Shown one piece after another: positions 1 to 12,620 of a stretch of 64,000 bases of DNA. How positions within the stretch are numbered: position 1 is the stretch's first letter; every line of letters starts with the position of its first letter. The DNA comes from Camelus dromedarius (Eukaryota), in contig NC_087436.1 of assembly GCF_036321535.1 (NCBI RefSeq), positions 74,030,001 through 74,094,000 on the forward strand, read 5' to 3'. The notes beneath the pieces are model-generated. The model saw nothing but the letters and a program-made list of their open reading frames with translations. It had not been told where the DNA came from and searched no databases. A program made the translations under genes and the position numbers.

Positions 1-1380
1 CTCTTCAGCAAGTTGTGTTGGGAAAACTGGACAGCAGCATGTAAATCTGTGAAGTTAGAACACTCTCTTCACACTATACACAAAAATAAACTTAAAATGG
101 CTTAAAGACTTAAATATAAGACAAGACACTATAAACCTCCTAGATGAAAACATAAGCAAAACATTGTCCGACATAAATCTTAGCAATGTTCTCCTAGGGC
201 AGCCTACTCAGGCAATAGAAATAAAAGCAAAAATAAACAAATGGGACATAATTAAACTTACAAGCTTTTGCACAGCAAAGGAAACCATAAGTAAAACAAA
301 ATGACAACCTATGAAATGGGAAAAAATTTTTGCAAATGAAACCGACAAAGGCTTGATCTCCAGAATATATAAGCAGCTCATACAAGTTAATAACAACAAC
401 AACAACAAAAAACAACCTAATCCAAAAGTGGGTAGAAGACCTAAACAAGCAGTTCTCTAATGAAGACATAATGGCCAATACGCACATGAAAAAAAAAGCT
501 CAATATCACTATCAGAGAAATGCAAATCAAAACTATAATGAGGTATCACCTCATACCAGTCAGAATGGCCATCATTCAAAAGTCCACAAACGATAAATGC
601 TGGAGAAGGTGTGGAGAAAAGGGAACTCTCCTACACTGCTGGTAGGAACATAGTTTGGTGCAACTATTATGGAAAACAGTGTGGATATTCCTCAAAAAAC
701 TAAAAATAGACTTACCATATGATTCAGCAATCCCACTCCTGTGCATATATCCAGAGGGAACTCTAATTCAGAAAGATACATGTACCCCAATGTCCATAGC
801 AGCACTATATACAATAGTCAAGACATGGAAACAACCTAAGTGTCCATCGACAGATGACTGGATAAAGAAGTTGTGATATATTTATATGATGGAATACTAC
901 TCAGCCATAAAAAAGAATAAAATAACGCCACTTGCAGCAACGTGGATGGACCTGGAGATTGTCATTCTAAGTGAAGTAAGCCAGAAAGAGAAAGAAAAAT
1001 ACCATATGATATCACTCATGTGGAAACAAACAAATAAAAAGGACACTAATGAACTCATCTACAAAACAGAAACAGACTCACAGACACAATAAACAATCTT
1101 ATGGTTACTGGGGGAAAGGGGAAGGGGGTGGGGAGAGATAAATTTGGGACTTCGAGATTTGCAATTGTTAACCACTATATATAAAAACAGATAAACAACA
1201 AACTCCTACTCTATAGCACAGGGAACTATATTCAGTATCTTGTAATAACCCTTAATGAAAAAGAATATGAAAATGAGTATGTGTATATATATATATATAT
1301 GTATGCATGACTGGACATTATGCAGTATATCAGAAATTGACACATTGTAACTGACTACACTTCAATTAAAAAAATAATAA
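1..1380 (+). mobile_element. LINE-1 3' portion (degenerate ORF2 C-terminus, 3'UTR, A-rich tail), truncated by the window start
   Basis: ORF fragments such as [14 protein letters not shown]...TCTPMSIAALYTIVKTWKQPKCPSTDDWIKKL and [11 protein letters not shown]...WMDLE are typical of the L1 ORF2p C-terminus; G-rich 3'UTR tract near 1110-1135; A-rich tail near 1367-1380. Confidence 0.95.
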
Positions 1381-1997
1381 GCCTGATAGTTAATATACTT
1401 ACACACATTTACATACTTTTAATAACTGCCTCATGTATATACAAATGCCACATAAGTGTATTTATATCTATTATGTAAGTATAATTATAAAATATGCTTA
1501 TATACTTTATGATTAAATAATTGTATTTGTCACATATTTATATATAAAATTATACTTAAAATAATATGTGATATGTGTGCATATATAAATGTACATATAT
1601 ACACACATATATTCTTCTTGTCCAGATATATATATATATATACACACATATATATTCCTTCTTTGCTCTTGATATTATGACTCAATGTTTTTTCTTAATA
1701 TTTTTAGTGGCAATACACATTTTTAAAATTTTGATTTGTCCTCTTTGGTTTAATCCATTCTGTTGATGAACATTTAGTTCAATTTTGGGCAAAAGGAAGC
1801 ACGCCTGATGACTGGCTATACTCTTTTAGCTGCATTGACTAAAGGGAGCTAATGCCTCTGGCTACAGCTAAGTGCTCTGAGAACACTGTCACTCAGAACC
1901 CTGGAATATTTTCTCCCTTTATTCTTACATCCTGAATCCTCTATTTTATCAATAAGATTTCAACTAAAAGAGAGGAGGGAATCTATTATAGTAAACT

Positions 1998-2052
1998 TTA
2001 TATATATATATGTGTGTATATATATATATACACACACACACATACACACACA
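1998..2052. repeat. Compound (TA)n/(TG)n/(CA)n microsatellite
   Basis: Direct reading of the sequence. Confidence 0.9.
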
Positions 2053-2337
2053 GTCATTACTTACTTACATTTATAGGTGAACTTTCATTATCTTTACTCC
2101 CCTAATTTCTGTGTACTGTGTACACACACATTCATACGTGTTACACGAGCATATGTCCTTACATACACATTCCAGTATCTGCTGCTGGATTAACTGCTCT
2201 ACGCATTACCCACAGCTTCATTCCCTCCATTACACAAGAGGTCCTAGGCCTTTACTAACAGGGATGAACAGCACAAAGCTGTGCTGAGCTGGGCTGGACT
2301 TGGCCACAGAACAAGGGTGAATTAGATCTAGGTATTT

Positions 2338-2669
2338 ATTTTTTTTAAAAAAACATTTTTTTTATTGAGTTATAGTCATTTTACAATGTTGTGTCAAATT
2401 CCAGTGTAGAGCACAATTTTTCAGTTATACACGAACATACCTATGTTCACTGTCACATTTTTTTTTCGCTGTGAGCCACTACAAGATCTTGTATATATTT
2501 CCCTGTGCTATACAGTATAATCTTGTTTATCTATTCTACATATGCCTGTCAGTATCTTCAAATTTGGAACTCCCAGTCTATCCCTTCCCACCCCCCACCC
2601 CCTTGGCAACCACAAGTCTGTTTCTGTTTTGTATTTATGTTCTTTTTTTTAAGATTCCACACATGAGAG
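2338..2669 (-). mobile_element. 5'-truncated L1 3'UTR insertion with target-site duplication
   Basis: Reverse complement resembles the L1 3'UTR at 1000-1370; T-rich tail at the left end; flanks TAGATCTAGGTATTT (2323) and TAGATCTAGGCTATTT (2670). Confidence 0.85.
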
Positions 2670-3657
2670 TAGATCTAGGCTATTTCTGATGCTGTCTAAC
2701 TACCTTCCAAAGTCTAACATCTAGCATGGTCTAACTATTGACATAAGATTATGAGTTCTATAAGGAAGTATGTCAAAGTGTGAGATTGTGAATTTGGGGT
2801 ATGGTAGTGGTTGCGGCAGGACTGTATAACTTTTGTTGCCAATCTAGTGAAATTTCTCTCTCTCTCTCTTTTTTCTTTAGTTCCTTGAGAAGCTGTAAAT
2901 CAGGAAGGAATGTAGATGTGAATGTAGTAAGACTCCCATAAAATAATTCAAGCATAGAAGAATCTTGGGAAGATGATTACACAGATTTCACTTACTATGT
3001 ACTTGGCTATTTCTCTCATTAAACATTAAACACAATTTATGATGAATTTCCCACCACAGATGTACAACTCTGACTTGGCAACATCCATAAAATTTAAAAC
3101 TAATACTTACAAACATTTCAGAATGGTCTTCTGCTCAGTTAATCAATATTTTATATGTTTTATCAACTCTGAGATCAATATTCATATTTGGTAGTCTAAC
3201 ATGTTTGTAGCATTGTCAATATTATATAGGTGTATCAACTATTTGTAAAAATAAATAAAACCATAAAGAATTACTCTATTGCATTTTCCCCAGTTTTGAG
3301 TGAATACGTCCTTTACTCTTTAGAATATAATTTTCTTCCATTTTAAATTAAGCTTATTGAGGCTTTTCCTCCTTTTTTGGCATGTTAATCTTGACAATAA
3401 ATGTGTACCTATAGGGTCATGGGTCATAAAGTTTAATAGAAACTCAAGGTGACATATTTTTTGAAATAATTTTTATTAAAAATGTTAATGCTCATGTTAG
3501 GAAAATTAGAAAATACAGACGAACAAAAAAGAACATGGAAAATACAAATAATTCCTGTAGAGTCAGTGACAACAACTCTTCACTCACTGGACTGCATCCT
3601 TCTAGAAGCATTCTCTTTGAAATACCCTCTGTATAATTTAATCAAAAGAAATTTATT

Positions 3658-3790
3658 GGAGGGGAGAATATAGCTCAGTGGTAGACTGCATGCCTAGCAT
3701 GCATGAGGTCCTGGGTTCAATCCCCAGTACTTCCACTAAAAAAATAAATAAATAAACCTAATTACCTCCCCCACCAAAAAAAAAAAAAAA
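3658..3790 (+). mobile_element. tRNA-derived SINE (Vic-1-like, camelid type)
   Basis: A box TAGCTCAGTGG (3671) and B box GGTTCAATCC (3714), then AAATAAATAAACCTAATTACCTCCCCC and poly(A); near-identical flanks AAAAGAAATTTATT / AAAAGGAATTTATT. Confidence 0.88.
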
Positions 3791-5179
3791 AAGGAATTTA
3801 TTAAAAGGATATTGGCTCCCAAAGTTTTATCAGTTACTGTATCTGTCTTCATATCCAGAATCTCTGGGTGATGAATGACCTTTCATCCTCTGGGTCTGTC
3901 ATGATCCCATTTCAGTAATCTGGAGGCAGAAACGAGTCACCCTACGAGGCTGGAAACGTTAGGGTGAGGGGGTACAGGACAGAAGCAGTGAACCTATGGT
4001 GTCAGCCCATTGCTGAAATTAGCTTCAGTGCTGAGTGGCATACCATGGTGGTGAATAAGCACTCAGCAAGTCTATGAATATTGATGTGGGCAGAAGTTTG
4101 TTAAGCAGGAAAACAAATCCAAAACCAGAATAAGTTGCTATTCTAGTAAGGCCACTCTTCCCAGACTCCCTTGCTGTTTCAACTCATTACGCACGCCCAT
4201 ACGGTAGCCCACAGGAGCCAGAGGGAGAACTGCTCAGCCCGCAAGCCCAGGGGAGGAGGCATCCAGTTCTGCTAGGCAAGCTGGGGCAGGAGTTTGGTAT
4301 TCAGTCCCAGGATTCTGACATTCAAATGCTGAGCCAAGACGGTGTCAGCGGTGGTCTGGAGAGAATTCATTTCTTTCCCTGGCCACACTGCCACATTGTT
4401 CCTGGCTGTGTTACACTCAAGCCTAATTCGCATCAGGGACTCAAGTTTGGTTTTAATTGCTGGACAACTGAATATTCAACAGAAGCAGTAGCCAGGTCAG
4501 CCTGGGCAAGGGGAAATCCAAGTAGCTGAGCACATGGAGAGCCTGCCTTTCTGCCTCTGTGGCTACTGTGTTCATGAGATCACTGGGCAACATTGGCACT
4601 CCTGGAGAAAGAAGTGGGCTGGCATGCAGAGGACAGGTCAGACTTTCCATGTGATTACTGAGCACTTCCCCTACAGTGGAAGCCTTTGGGTGGGTATTCA
4701 CAAAGAACCAAATAGCCTTATATCCTGGATCCATTCTGAGTGACCCCCATACACCTCTTCTCCCAAACCTCCTTGTCACCAGCCCTGCATTCTTGATCCT
4801 TCCAAGTCTCTGGCTGCTAAGCTAAACCATAAGCTGCTGACCATTAACCTCAGGCCAATTCTCCTTTCAGACAAAGTGGTCAGTAGGATGACATGCTCAC
4901 TTTTTTGTCTACTGGAAAATTCCCCTTCTCAGCTATTCCTCAGGGCCACTCGTGAGTTGGGCCACAGTGTTGTGGCCGTCCGCTTGTGGCTGGTGCCATC
5001 ACATTGTGGAGGTTGTCTGCTCCGTCACCTGGACTTAGAGAACATCCCCAGGCTGGCCAAGTAGGCCGAAGAGGAATGGCCATGAGGTAGGAGTGGGCTC
5101 ACCATGCAGTTTGTTCTGTCTTCAATTTCTGGTCAAGCACAGCCCTAAATAGAAAACTTCCACTTGATTACAAGAAGCA

Positions 5180-5440
5180 ATATAATTTGGTAATTAAACA
5201 TGTGGACTTTGGAGCCAGAGGGTCTGGGTTTAACCCAAGCTCTGCTACTTATGAGCTATATGATTACGGGGCAAATTGCCTATCCCCTCTCTGTGTCAGT
5301 TTTCTCATTTAAAGTAGGGACAGTAGCAACAACAACAGCACGATCACCCAGAACTGTAGTGGAGATTGAAGGAAATGTTACCAGTAAAGTGTGCAGAAGA
5401 GAGCCTGGCACACTGTGCACGCACACTGTTTGCTGACCTT
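5180..5440 (+). mobile_element. MIR SINE
   Basis: Core-like segments tggactttggagccaga...ctctgctactt...gggcaaatt...ctctgtgtcagttttctcattt...cctggcac. Confidence 0.75.
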
Positions 5441-5859
5441 ATGGCTTAGTGGATCAGATGACTCCTGTGGAAGATGGGCACCCAAAGTCTCATGGTCAGG
5501 CTGCTGTATGAACTAGTGACAAGCAACAACCCAAGTCTGGTTTCCCTAGAGGAGAACAGTTACAGGCCACAGAGCTCATGGCTCGGCTGCAAAGCTGGGG
5601 GCTTGCCCTCTGATTCGCCTTTGGACGTGCCGAAGCTCCATTCAGCAGCTCTCTGTGCCACAGGTGCTTCAAGCACACTGGATTCACCGGATCAGAGGGC
5701 AGAGATTTCTGCACCAGCTAAATGGTCTTCTCCTGCTTCAGGCTGCCCTCAAAGTTGGCAATCTGTCAGCTTACTGAAGAAATGAGCTGAAACAGCATAT
5801 CTAAATCTGGCCTCCGCAATCCAAAGAGAAGTGCAAGGAGTACATCATTATATATTATT

Positions 5860-6060
5860 TCCAACACTCAGATACAGTAGATGTAAATAACCTCAAGATC
5901 TTAGATACTAACAAAAAGGTGTTAATAACTGGGAAGTGTTGAGTTTTTGAGTTTTATTATCTTTTGGTTTTAATAATGTCCATCAGCTCACTAAGTTCCT
6001 GAAAATTTGACAATTGGCTTTTGTGAGCTGGGACAGACTGTCTCTAGCATATGACTGGTG
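5860..6060. mobile_element. MER63-like hAT DNA transposon remnant
   Basis: Segment gggaagtgttgagtttttgag...ttcctgaaaatttgacaattggct resembles the recalled MER63 end. Confidence 0.55.
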
Positions 6061-6227
6061 CTAGGATTCAAGGCAATGAGGGATGTTGGGGGTGAAGAAT
6101 GAAGAGAGTTGGCTACCCCAGCCTCCTGCCAGGTTATTTCCACAAAGGTCATTACAGAATCTTCATGCAAGGTGGGAGAATCCTCGTCACCCAGAGGAGT
6201 AAGGAGAACTTATCTAACAAGGAGTTC

Positions 6228-6640
6228 TGCATTCGTTTGGGTCTGCCAAAGAGCAGATGGCAAAATGGGGTTAAATATTCAAGAAATTTACTGGGGTGGG
6301 AGCAGTAAATAGGGAGAGCCTTTAGCTTATAATGCATGTGTGATCCCTGTGGAAGGAAGGGGAGAACGAAGGAAGATTTGGGTAGGAAGAATCTTGAACT
6401 GAAGCACAATTCGAATAAAGGTCTGGTCAGGCCAATAGGGAGACCTCAAGTCAAAGTTGCCAAGAGGAGGCGTCTCACACTTTGCTAAAACAGACCTGCC
6501 TTGGTACTTCTGCATCCTCAGTCACTGGCAGGGAAGAGCCTAAGGGAGCGTGGCCTCAGTGAGAGGGTAAAAGATCCAGAGGGGACGCAGCTGAGTCCAT
6601 CAGTCAACTGTACTCCCTGCACCAGGAGGTGTGAGTAGTT
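6228..6640 (-). mobile_element. Old ERVL LTR (LTR16-like)
   Basis: Segments agcagatggcaaaatgggg...aagaaatttactgggg...gggagagcctt...ttgggtaggaagaatct resemble the recalled LTR16 family; boundaries approximate. Confidence 0.55.
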
Positions 6641-7227
6641 AATTTCCAGAAGGTTGGGATTTAGGCAACTTGTTGCTATCTGAATCTTCCCATAAGTACA
6701 CGTCAGCATTCCGGGTCTCACTCTTTCCCAATCGATACACTATCTTCACATAAGAGATCTTGCAAAGCTGTGAATTAAAATGATGTTTTAATCCAGCAAA
6801 TTAAAGGGTCACTTTTTTTCTTTTTTTCTCTCAGTTCAACAGCTGCAAGACATGAGATTCCTTTAGACAATCCCAAGGACTCCCTGATTTGGGAGGTTTG
6901 TGTTTGTTTAAGAAAAGGTCCACAACTTATCTGATATAACCTCTTTTCAAAAGACAGTACTTTGCACATACGAGCAATGTAAATAATTTGCGTCTGGAGG
7001 ACAGACTGTGCTGGTCTTTAACTATGTCCACAAGTAATTTGATACCCTTTCCTTCAAAGGAAATTTGGAGGAGTTTAGCTCTCCTCTTCTTGAAGGTCGT
7101 CTGCACTTAGTTGCTTCCTTCTTATGAATAGAATGTGGCAGAAGAGGTGATGTGTGATTGCCAAGACTAGGTTATAAAAGGCATTGGGCTTCCTCCTTGC
7201 CTTTTCTTGGATCACACGCTATACGGC

Positions 7228-7340
7228 AGTTTTTCAACCTCAGCACTATTGATATTTTGGACAGAATTATTCTTTGTTGTGAGGGGCTGTCTGCGCATTA
7301 TAGAATGTTTAGCAGCATCCCTGACCTCTATTCACTCAAA
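7228..7340. mobile_element. MER20 (hAT-Charlie) fragment next to an MLT1-like LTR fragment (about 7025-7220)
   Basis: cagtttttcaacctcagcactattgatattttggacagaattattctttgttgtgaggggctgtc...tttagcagcatccctgacctcta. Confidence 0.75.
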
Positions 7341-8006
7341 ATTCCCAGACTTTGAAATTCTTGTCAAAAAGTATTTATGTATGTACGTATGTAAACACAC
7401 ACACACACACACGAAGTTGTTTATTTATTTATTTTTTAAGGTTTTGGATAGCCAAATTGCCATCCAAAAAGTCTGTATCTTTTCCCACATTCACAAGTTC
7501 AATATGTGTACTTTTTCTTAGCATTTTTGCCAATATTAGTTTTCTCTTAAAAAAAATTTGCCAACTTGATAGACAAAAACTGGTATCTTAATTTGTATTT
7601 TTTTTTTATTACAGGTGACCTTGCCCATTTAAGAAGTGATTCTGGTCTGTTGTACTTCTTTGTGACGTAGCCCACTTTGCTCCAGGGCACGAGCAATGGT
7701 GCATGTATAGGACCCACTGTCTATGAGCACAACAGGGGGTCCTGCACACTCTGGTATGGAGGGCTGGAGGAGCCCTGCTTCCTCAAAGCCATTCCCACGC
7801 AGGTGCCCAGTGTACGAAATGCTTCCATTTGAAATCCATTCTTTTAGTTCGTTTCCCCTCTAGATTTTAAAATATCAAGTAAATTAACCCTAAGGTATTG
7901 GTGACACATCAGCTTTTTTTCTGACACATTTGAACGGATAACAATACTTATAATGCCATGGTCGGGTGGTAGGTGTGATCAGGGAGCAATTAAAGAATAA
8001 TACTGA

Positions 8007-8396
8007 GATTACCATACTAAGTAAAGTAAGTCAGACAGAGAAAGACAAATGTCATATGATATCACTTATATGTGGAATCTAAAAAAATGACACAAATGAA
8101 TTTTTATTTACAAAATAGAAACAGACTCACAGACATAGAAAAGAAATTTAGGGTTACCAAAGGGAAAATGGAGGGAGGGGTAAATTGGGATTCCGAGATT
8201 TGCAGATACACACTACTATATATAAAATTGATAAACAACAAAGTCCTACTGTACAGCACAGGGAACTATATTCAATATCTTGTAATAACCTATAATGGAA
8301 AAGAATATGAAAAGGAATATATATGTATAACTGACCATTATGCTGTACACCAGAAACTAACACAACATTTAAAATGAACTATGCTTCCACAACAAA
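8007..8396 (+). mobile_element. 5'-truncated L1 3' end with a perfect 15-bp TSD
   Basis: Similar to L1 955-1370; AAAGAATAATACTGA at 7992-8006 and 8397-8411. Confidence 0.92.
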
Positions 8397-8924
8397 AAAG
8401 AATAATACTGAAAAGAGGAAAAAGACAAGAAACAGGGAATAAAGGTCACCTCAAATTTTGCCCTCACCCTGGTTTTGCTTAGGTATGTCCTTTTATAATC
8501 TACCTCTCTCCCCCAAGAAGATAACTGCCAATTCTTAAACAAATTATGTTCTGGACATTTACCACTTATGTTTTGGTAATACACTCTTGGTGCTTCACCA
8601 TTCCTGATATTCATTCATTCATTCAGTACCTGACTATGCAGGACACTAGGAGGAACCTGTACACCCTCTGCCCTCGTGAGCTTGCACTCTAGTGAGGGAA
8701 ACACCACCGGTGTGTGCGGCATGGCCTGGCATGACTGACCAGGAGAAGAAGACAGTGCCTCCTGCCTCTTCCCCTCTGTGTGCTGCAGACCCGCTGCCCG
8801 GCTCTGGATGCCTCCAACACCACTCTTAAAAACGATTTCCCTTTTTCCCTTCCTGATCACCTCCTTCCTTCCTCCTGTTCTCTTTAAAGCTTCCAGATCT
8901 GAGCTAACCTTACTCCTTAGTCTC

Positions 8925-9090
8925 CTTGCCGCTTAAAGTGAGGTCTACATACCAGCAGCATCAGTATTAACCGGCAGCTTCTTAGAAAAAGCAGAATCCC
9001 AGGCCCCACCCCAGACCTGCTGAGTAGGAATCTCCCCTTGGGAATGTTGGCAATGCTTCCTCTGCACACCTCGGTCTGAGAAGTCCTAGT
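8925..9090. mobile_element. MER5A-like hAT-Charlie element
   Basis: ccagcagcatcagtatt...gcagaatcccaggccccacccagacctgctgag...gaatct. Confidence 0.7.
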
Positions 9091-11819
9091 TCAGAGCTAT
9101 TACCCTCACTGGTCTGTGGAAGGCCCTCCCTCCTCTGGTTATTTACTCATTCACTCGTTTCCCCCTTATTCCAAAGCCCATTCTTACCCTTGTGCCCAAC
9201 AAAGACATTCTCTTTAATCTGTTTAAGAACTGGTCTTAATCATGTACCCTTGAAACCTAAGTAGTGTTATTATGAATGCATATGTATTTTCAATGTATAT
9301 AAATGTTATTGTACTAGAAATCTTGTTTCTTACCTTTTAATTACCAACATGTATTTAAGATTTAATTACATTACTGTGTGTAGATCCAGTTCATTGCTCT
9401 ATCTACCTCACAGTATTTCATAGGCATCCATCACATTTTACATACTATTTCATGATGGGCAGTTTGGCGGCCTTGAATGTACTGTTGCCCCAAATAACAC
9501 CACGTGTCTGCTTACAGTCTTGTGCAAAATTTTCTCTGGGCTCTACACGTTCAGGAGTGGGACTGCTGGGTCCTGGGGTATATGCATAACTTAATTTCAC
9601 AAAATTCTTTCAGATTGTTCTCCAGATTGTACCTCCTTACTCTCCCATCAGCAGCATCAGATCTTTCTCATATTTGCCTTTCTGGTGGATGTAAAATGGT
9701 GTAGTATCATTGTTTTAATCTGCATTTATCTGACTACCAGTGAATTTGAACATTTCTGCTCCTTTTTACTAGCCATTCATATATTAAAGAAAAAACAATC
9801 CTGAGTGCCTATTATGTTCCAGGCATTGTTCTAGGCACCTGGGAAAAGCATCTCATCTTCATTTTATATTGGACTTCATGTCTTTTTTTTTTTTTTTTTG
9901 ATCAATTTGTGTGAGTTCATCTTATATCTACATATTAATGCCTTGTCGGTTTTAACAACACAAAAATCTGCTCCCGCTATGGATCTATCTGCTAACTTTG
10001 TCTACAGCAACCTCATTCACCAGATAGCCTTGTTTTGACGAGGTCAAGAAATGTTTTGGCCTCCTGTGTTATGCAATATCACAGTGATAGTCTCCTGGAT
10101 TTTGCTCTATTAGCTCTGTACTTTTACCGTTTACATTTAGGACTTCATTACATCTGGAGTCCATCAATTTACATGGTACAAAGTAGTAATCTAACTTTAT
10201 TTTTCTCTGTACAGTTAGCTCTTTCTCCTAACACAGATTTTCCTTTGCTGTAAAGGTTTCATCATTCAGTGTAAGAGATCTCAGCCTTGAGTCTATTCTG
10301 GAACTAAGATGAGTCAGAGGTTTGCAAACGGTTGCAATTAGAAAATGTCTCTGTGAAATCTGAAGCTGGGCAGTTCCAATGTGACTGCTTTGCAGAAAGG
10401 TTTGACTTGTGGTTAATGTTATGTGGAGCAGCAGGAGCCAGAGGCTTGACAGCAACGGACAGGTGCTGGTGAGTACATCTCCCAAATGAGGTGTGGGCTT
10501 GTGGAGAGGAATTACAAACCAAGAGCAAGGCGGTAATTCACCGTAAATGCTGGAATACTACCACAGAGGTTCTCTGGTGTCACATACATCAATTTGCACG
10601 CTCACTTCTAAAATACATGCTTTGAAATTTGGATTAATAGCCATTAGGATTCAGCGTAGCTAGAGTTTCAACCATGAGTCCTGGGAGGTCAGAACACTGG
10701 GTTCAAATCCCAGTTTGGTCACTCACCAGCTGTATGACCTTGGGCAAATCAGTTCTCTCAGGAATTTATGAGATAATCCTTATACACCACTTAGCTTAGG
10801 GCCTGTGTATATTAGGCATTCAATGAACAAAGACAATAAAAAGGCCTATTGCATAACAGACTTTGCATTCTGGGGAATACAAAGAATAAACAAACTCTGG
10901 CCCTTAAGGGCTTTATGATCTAATATGGGCAAGGATACACTACAAAAATAATTATACCATAAGAGAAAACCTCATAGTTTGCTCTAAGAGAGTTACAAAA
11001 TGCAATCGGAGTTCAAAGAGAAGAATGACATATCAATTTGGGGGTTGGGGGGGTGGGATTGGGGGCTGGGGAAAAGTCTCATGGAAGGAAGTGCCTTTTG
11101 GAAAATGTCTAGACCAATAAGTGAAGGCTCTAGCGCGGGAGTCCCAGTTTGGCTGGAGTGCTGATAAGTGGAAGAGAAAGGCCTGGAGAGGTTGCTGGGC
11201 TGTGTCCTGGAGACCCTGAAGGCTAAAATGGGGTTGAATTTAATCGGGCAGAGGGAGGAGATGCCCTGCTCGGGGCTGTACTTGAGGAGGGTTAAACCAG
11301 GAGTGGTTGCAGAGAGGGTCACAGCCAGAGCCAAGGGAGGTGCAAAGATGATAGTGGCATCTGAATAGGGGGCAAGGACACTGTGAATGACACGAAGGGA
11401 GGAACGCAACAGGCCTTTGACGGAAGAACCAACAGGACTCCCAAGGGCAACCTTTTCTCCCCGAGGCCATTTCCTTCCTACCTGCTCTGCTGTCCTCAAA
11501 ACCTCAACCGGATTTCCTCTCTCTCACTTAGCCAGTAGATAACCTGACTCCTCCCCATTTATACCTCCAAGTGTTTCTTAACGGCATCCTCTTTTTTCTT
11601 CATGCCTGTCCCCTCCCCTCCTTTCATCCCAGGCCGCCCCTCCCGCTGGTGTTCAGCCTCACCGCCTCCACTTCCTCCTCCCCGTGGAATCCCAACGAGG
11701 GGCCTCCTGTCTCCTCACATCCGCTCTTGGTCTGAAAGAGCTTCCCCTGGGCTTGTCTCTTCTCAAGGGGCACTACAATTTCTCTCCTACCTTTTGCCTC
11801 CAAATTTGTTAGGGGAGGG

Positions 11820-12620
11820 CTCACTCAACGTTGGCCTTCACCATGTCCACATCTCAGCCTTCTGAAATCGAGCGCCCACCCCCACAGACGCCGCAGAGCC
11901 ACCCTGACCGCATACGGGCCGAATCCAGCCATTTTCTTCTCAGCCCTCTACCCACCAACTCCGCTGGGCGACACCCCCGTTTCGCCGCCCCACCACCCGC
12001 TCGCATGGTTTTCTGTACCTGACTTTGGAAACAAGTCTCCCGAGTCTCTCTTTTCCCAACTCTTCGTTCCCTCTCGCTCTAATCCTCTCCCACCCCAGCC
12101 CTGCAAACAACGCACCAGGAGTGTGCAATCTTCTTGTGTAAGGTAAAGGGGAAAAATGTTTATATAAATATATATGTTACCCACTCTGCAGTGTCGGCTC
12201 CCAGGGAGGGTCCTCCTGCCCAGTGCGCTCCAGCCAACAGCCCAGTTCAGCAGCAAAGGAAAGCGTTCTTCTTCCACCAGAAGACAGAGCCCTACGAGCT
12301 CCCGCTCTAGAGCACAAGCTCTCATTCATGACCGTCCAAGGGGGGGCTGCTTTATAGGGATCCCGTCAGTCAGCGGGGAGGGGGTGGAGTTCTCGTGCGG
12401 CGCAGGCGCAGCTGGACTGCTGCCGCCCCACAGCGCAGGGCCCGCCCAGCGTCTCTGCGCATGGCCCGTGCCACCACCATCTTGAGATGTTCTGCTCAGT
12501 GCTTCTGAACAGGGTGTCTGAGTTGAGGTGTCCTGTGCAGCGCTTCTGTGCTGGGAACGCTGATCTGACATGTGGGTGCAAAGCCTAGTGAAATCAGACG
12601 AAGCACAAAAGAAGAGGTTA
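11820..12620. promoter_or_regulatory. CpG-enriched promoter/enhancer-like element about 4 kb upstream of STBD1
   Basis: Local CpG enrichment; NRF1-like GCGCAGGCGCA (about 12400) and TGCGCATG (about 12456); GC boxes; YY1-like CCATCTTG (12477); TATA-like run near 12160. Confidence 0.45.

Noticed and set aside
3661..3735. tRNA gene
   Set aside because: Has A and B boxes but continues into an A-rich tail with TSDs and no oligo-T terminator, so it is a SINE head
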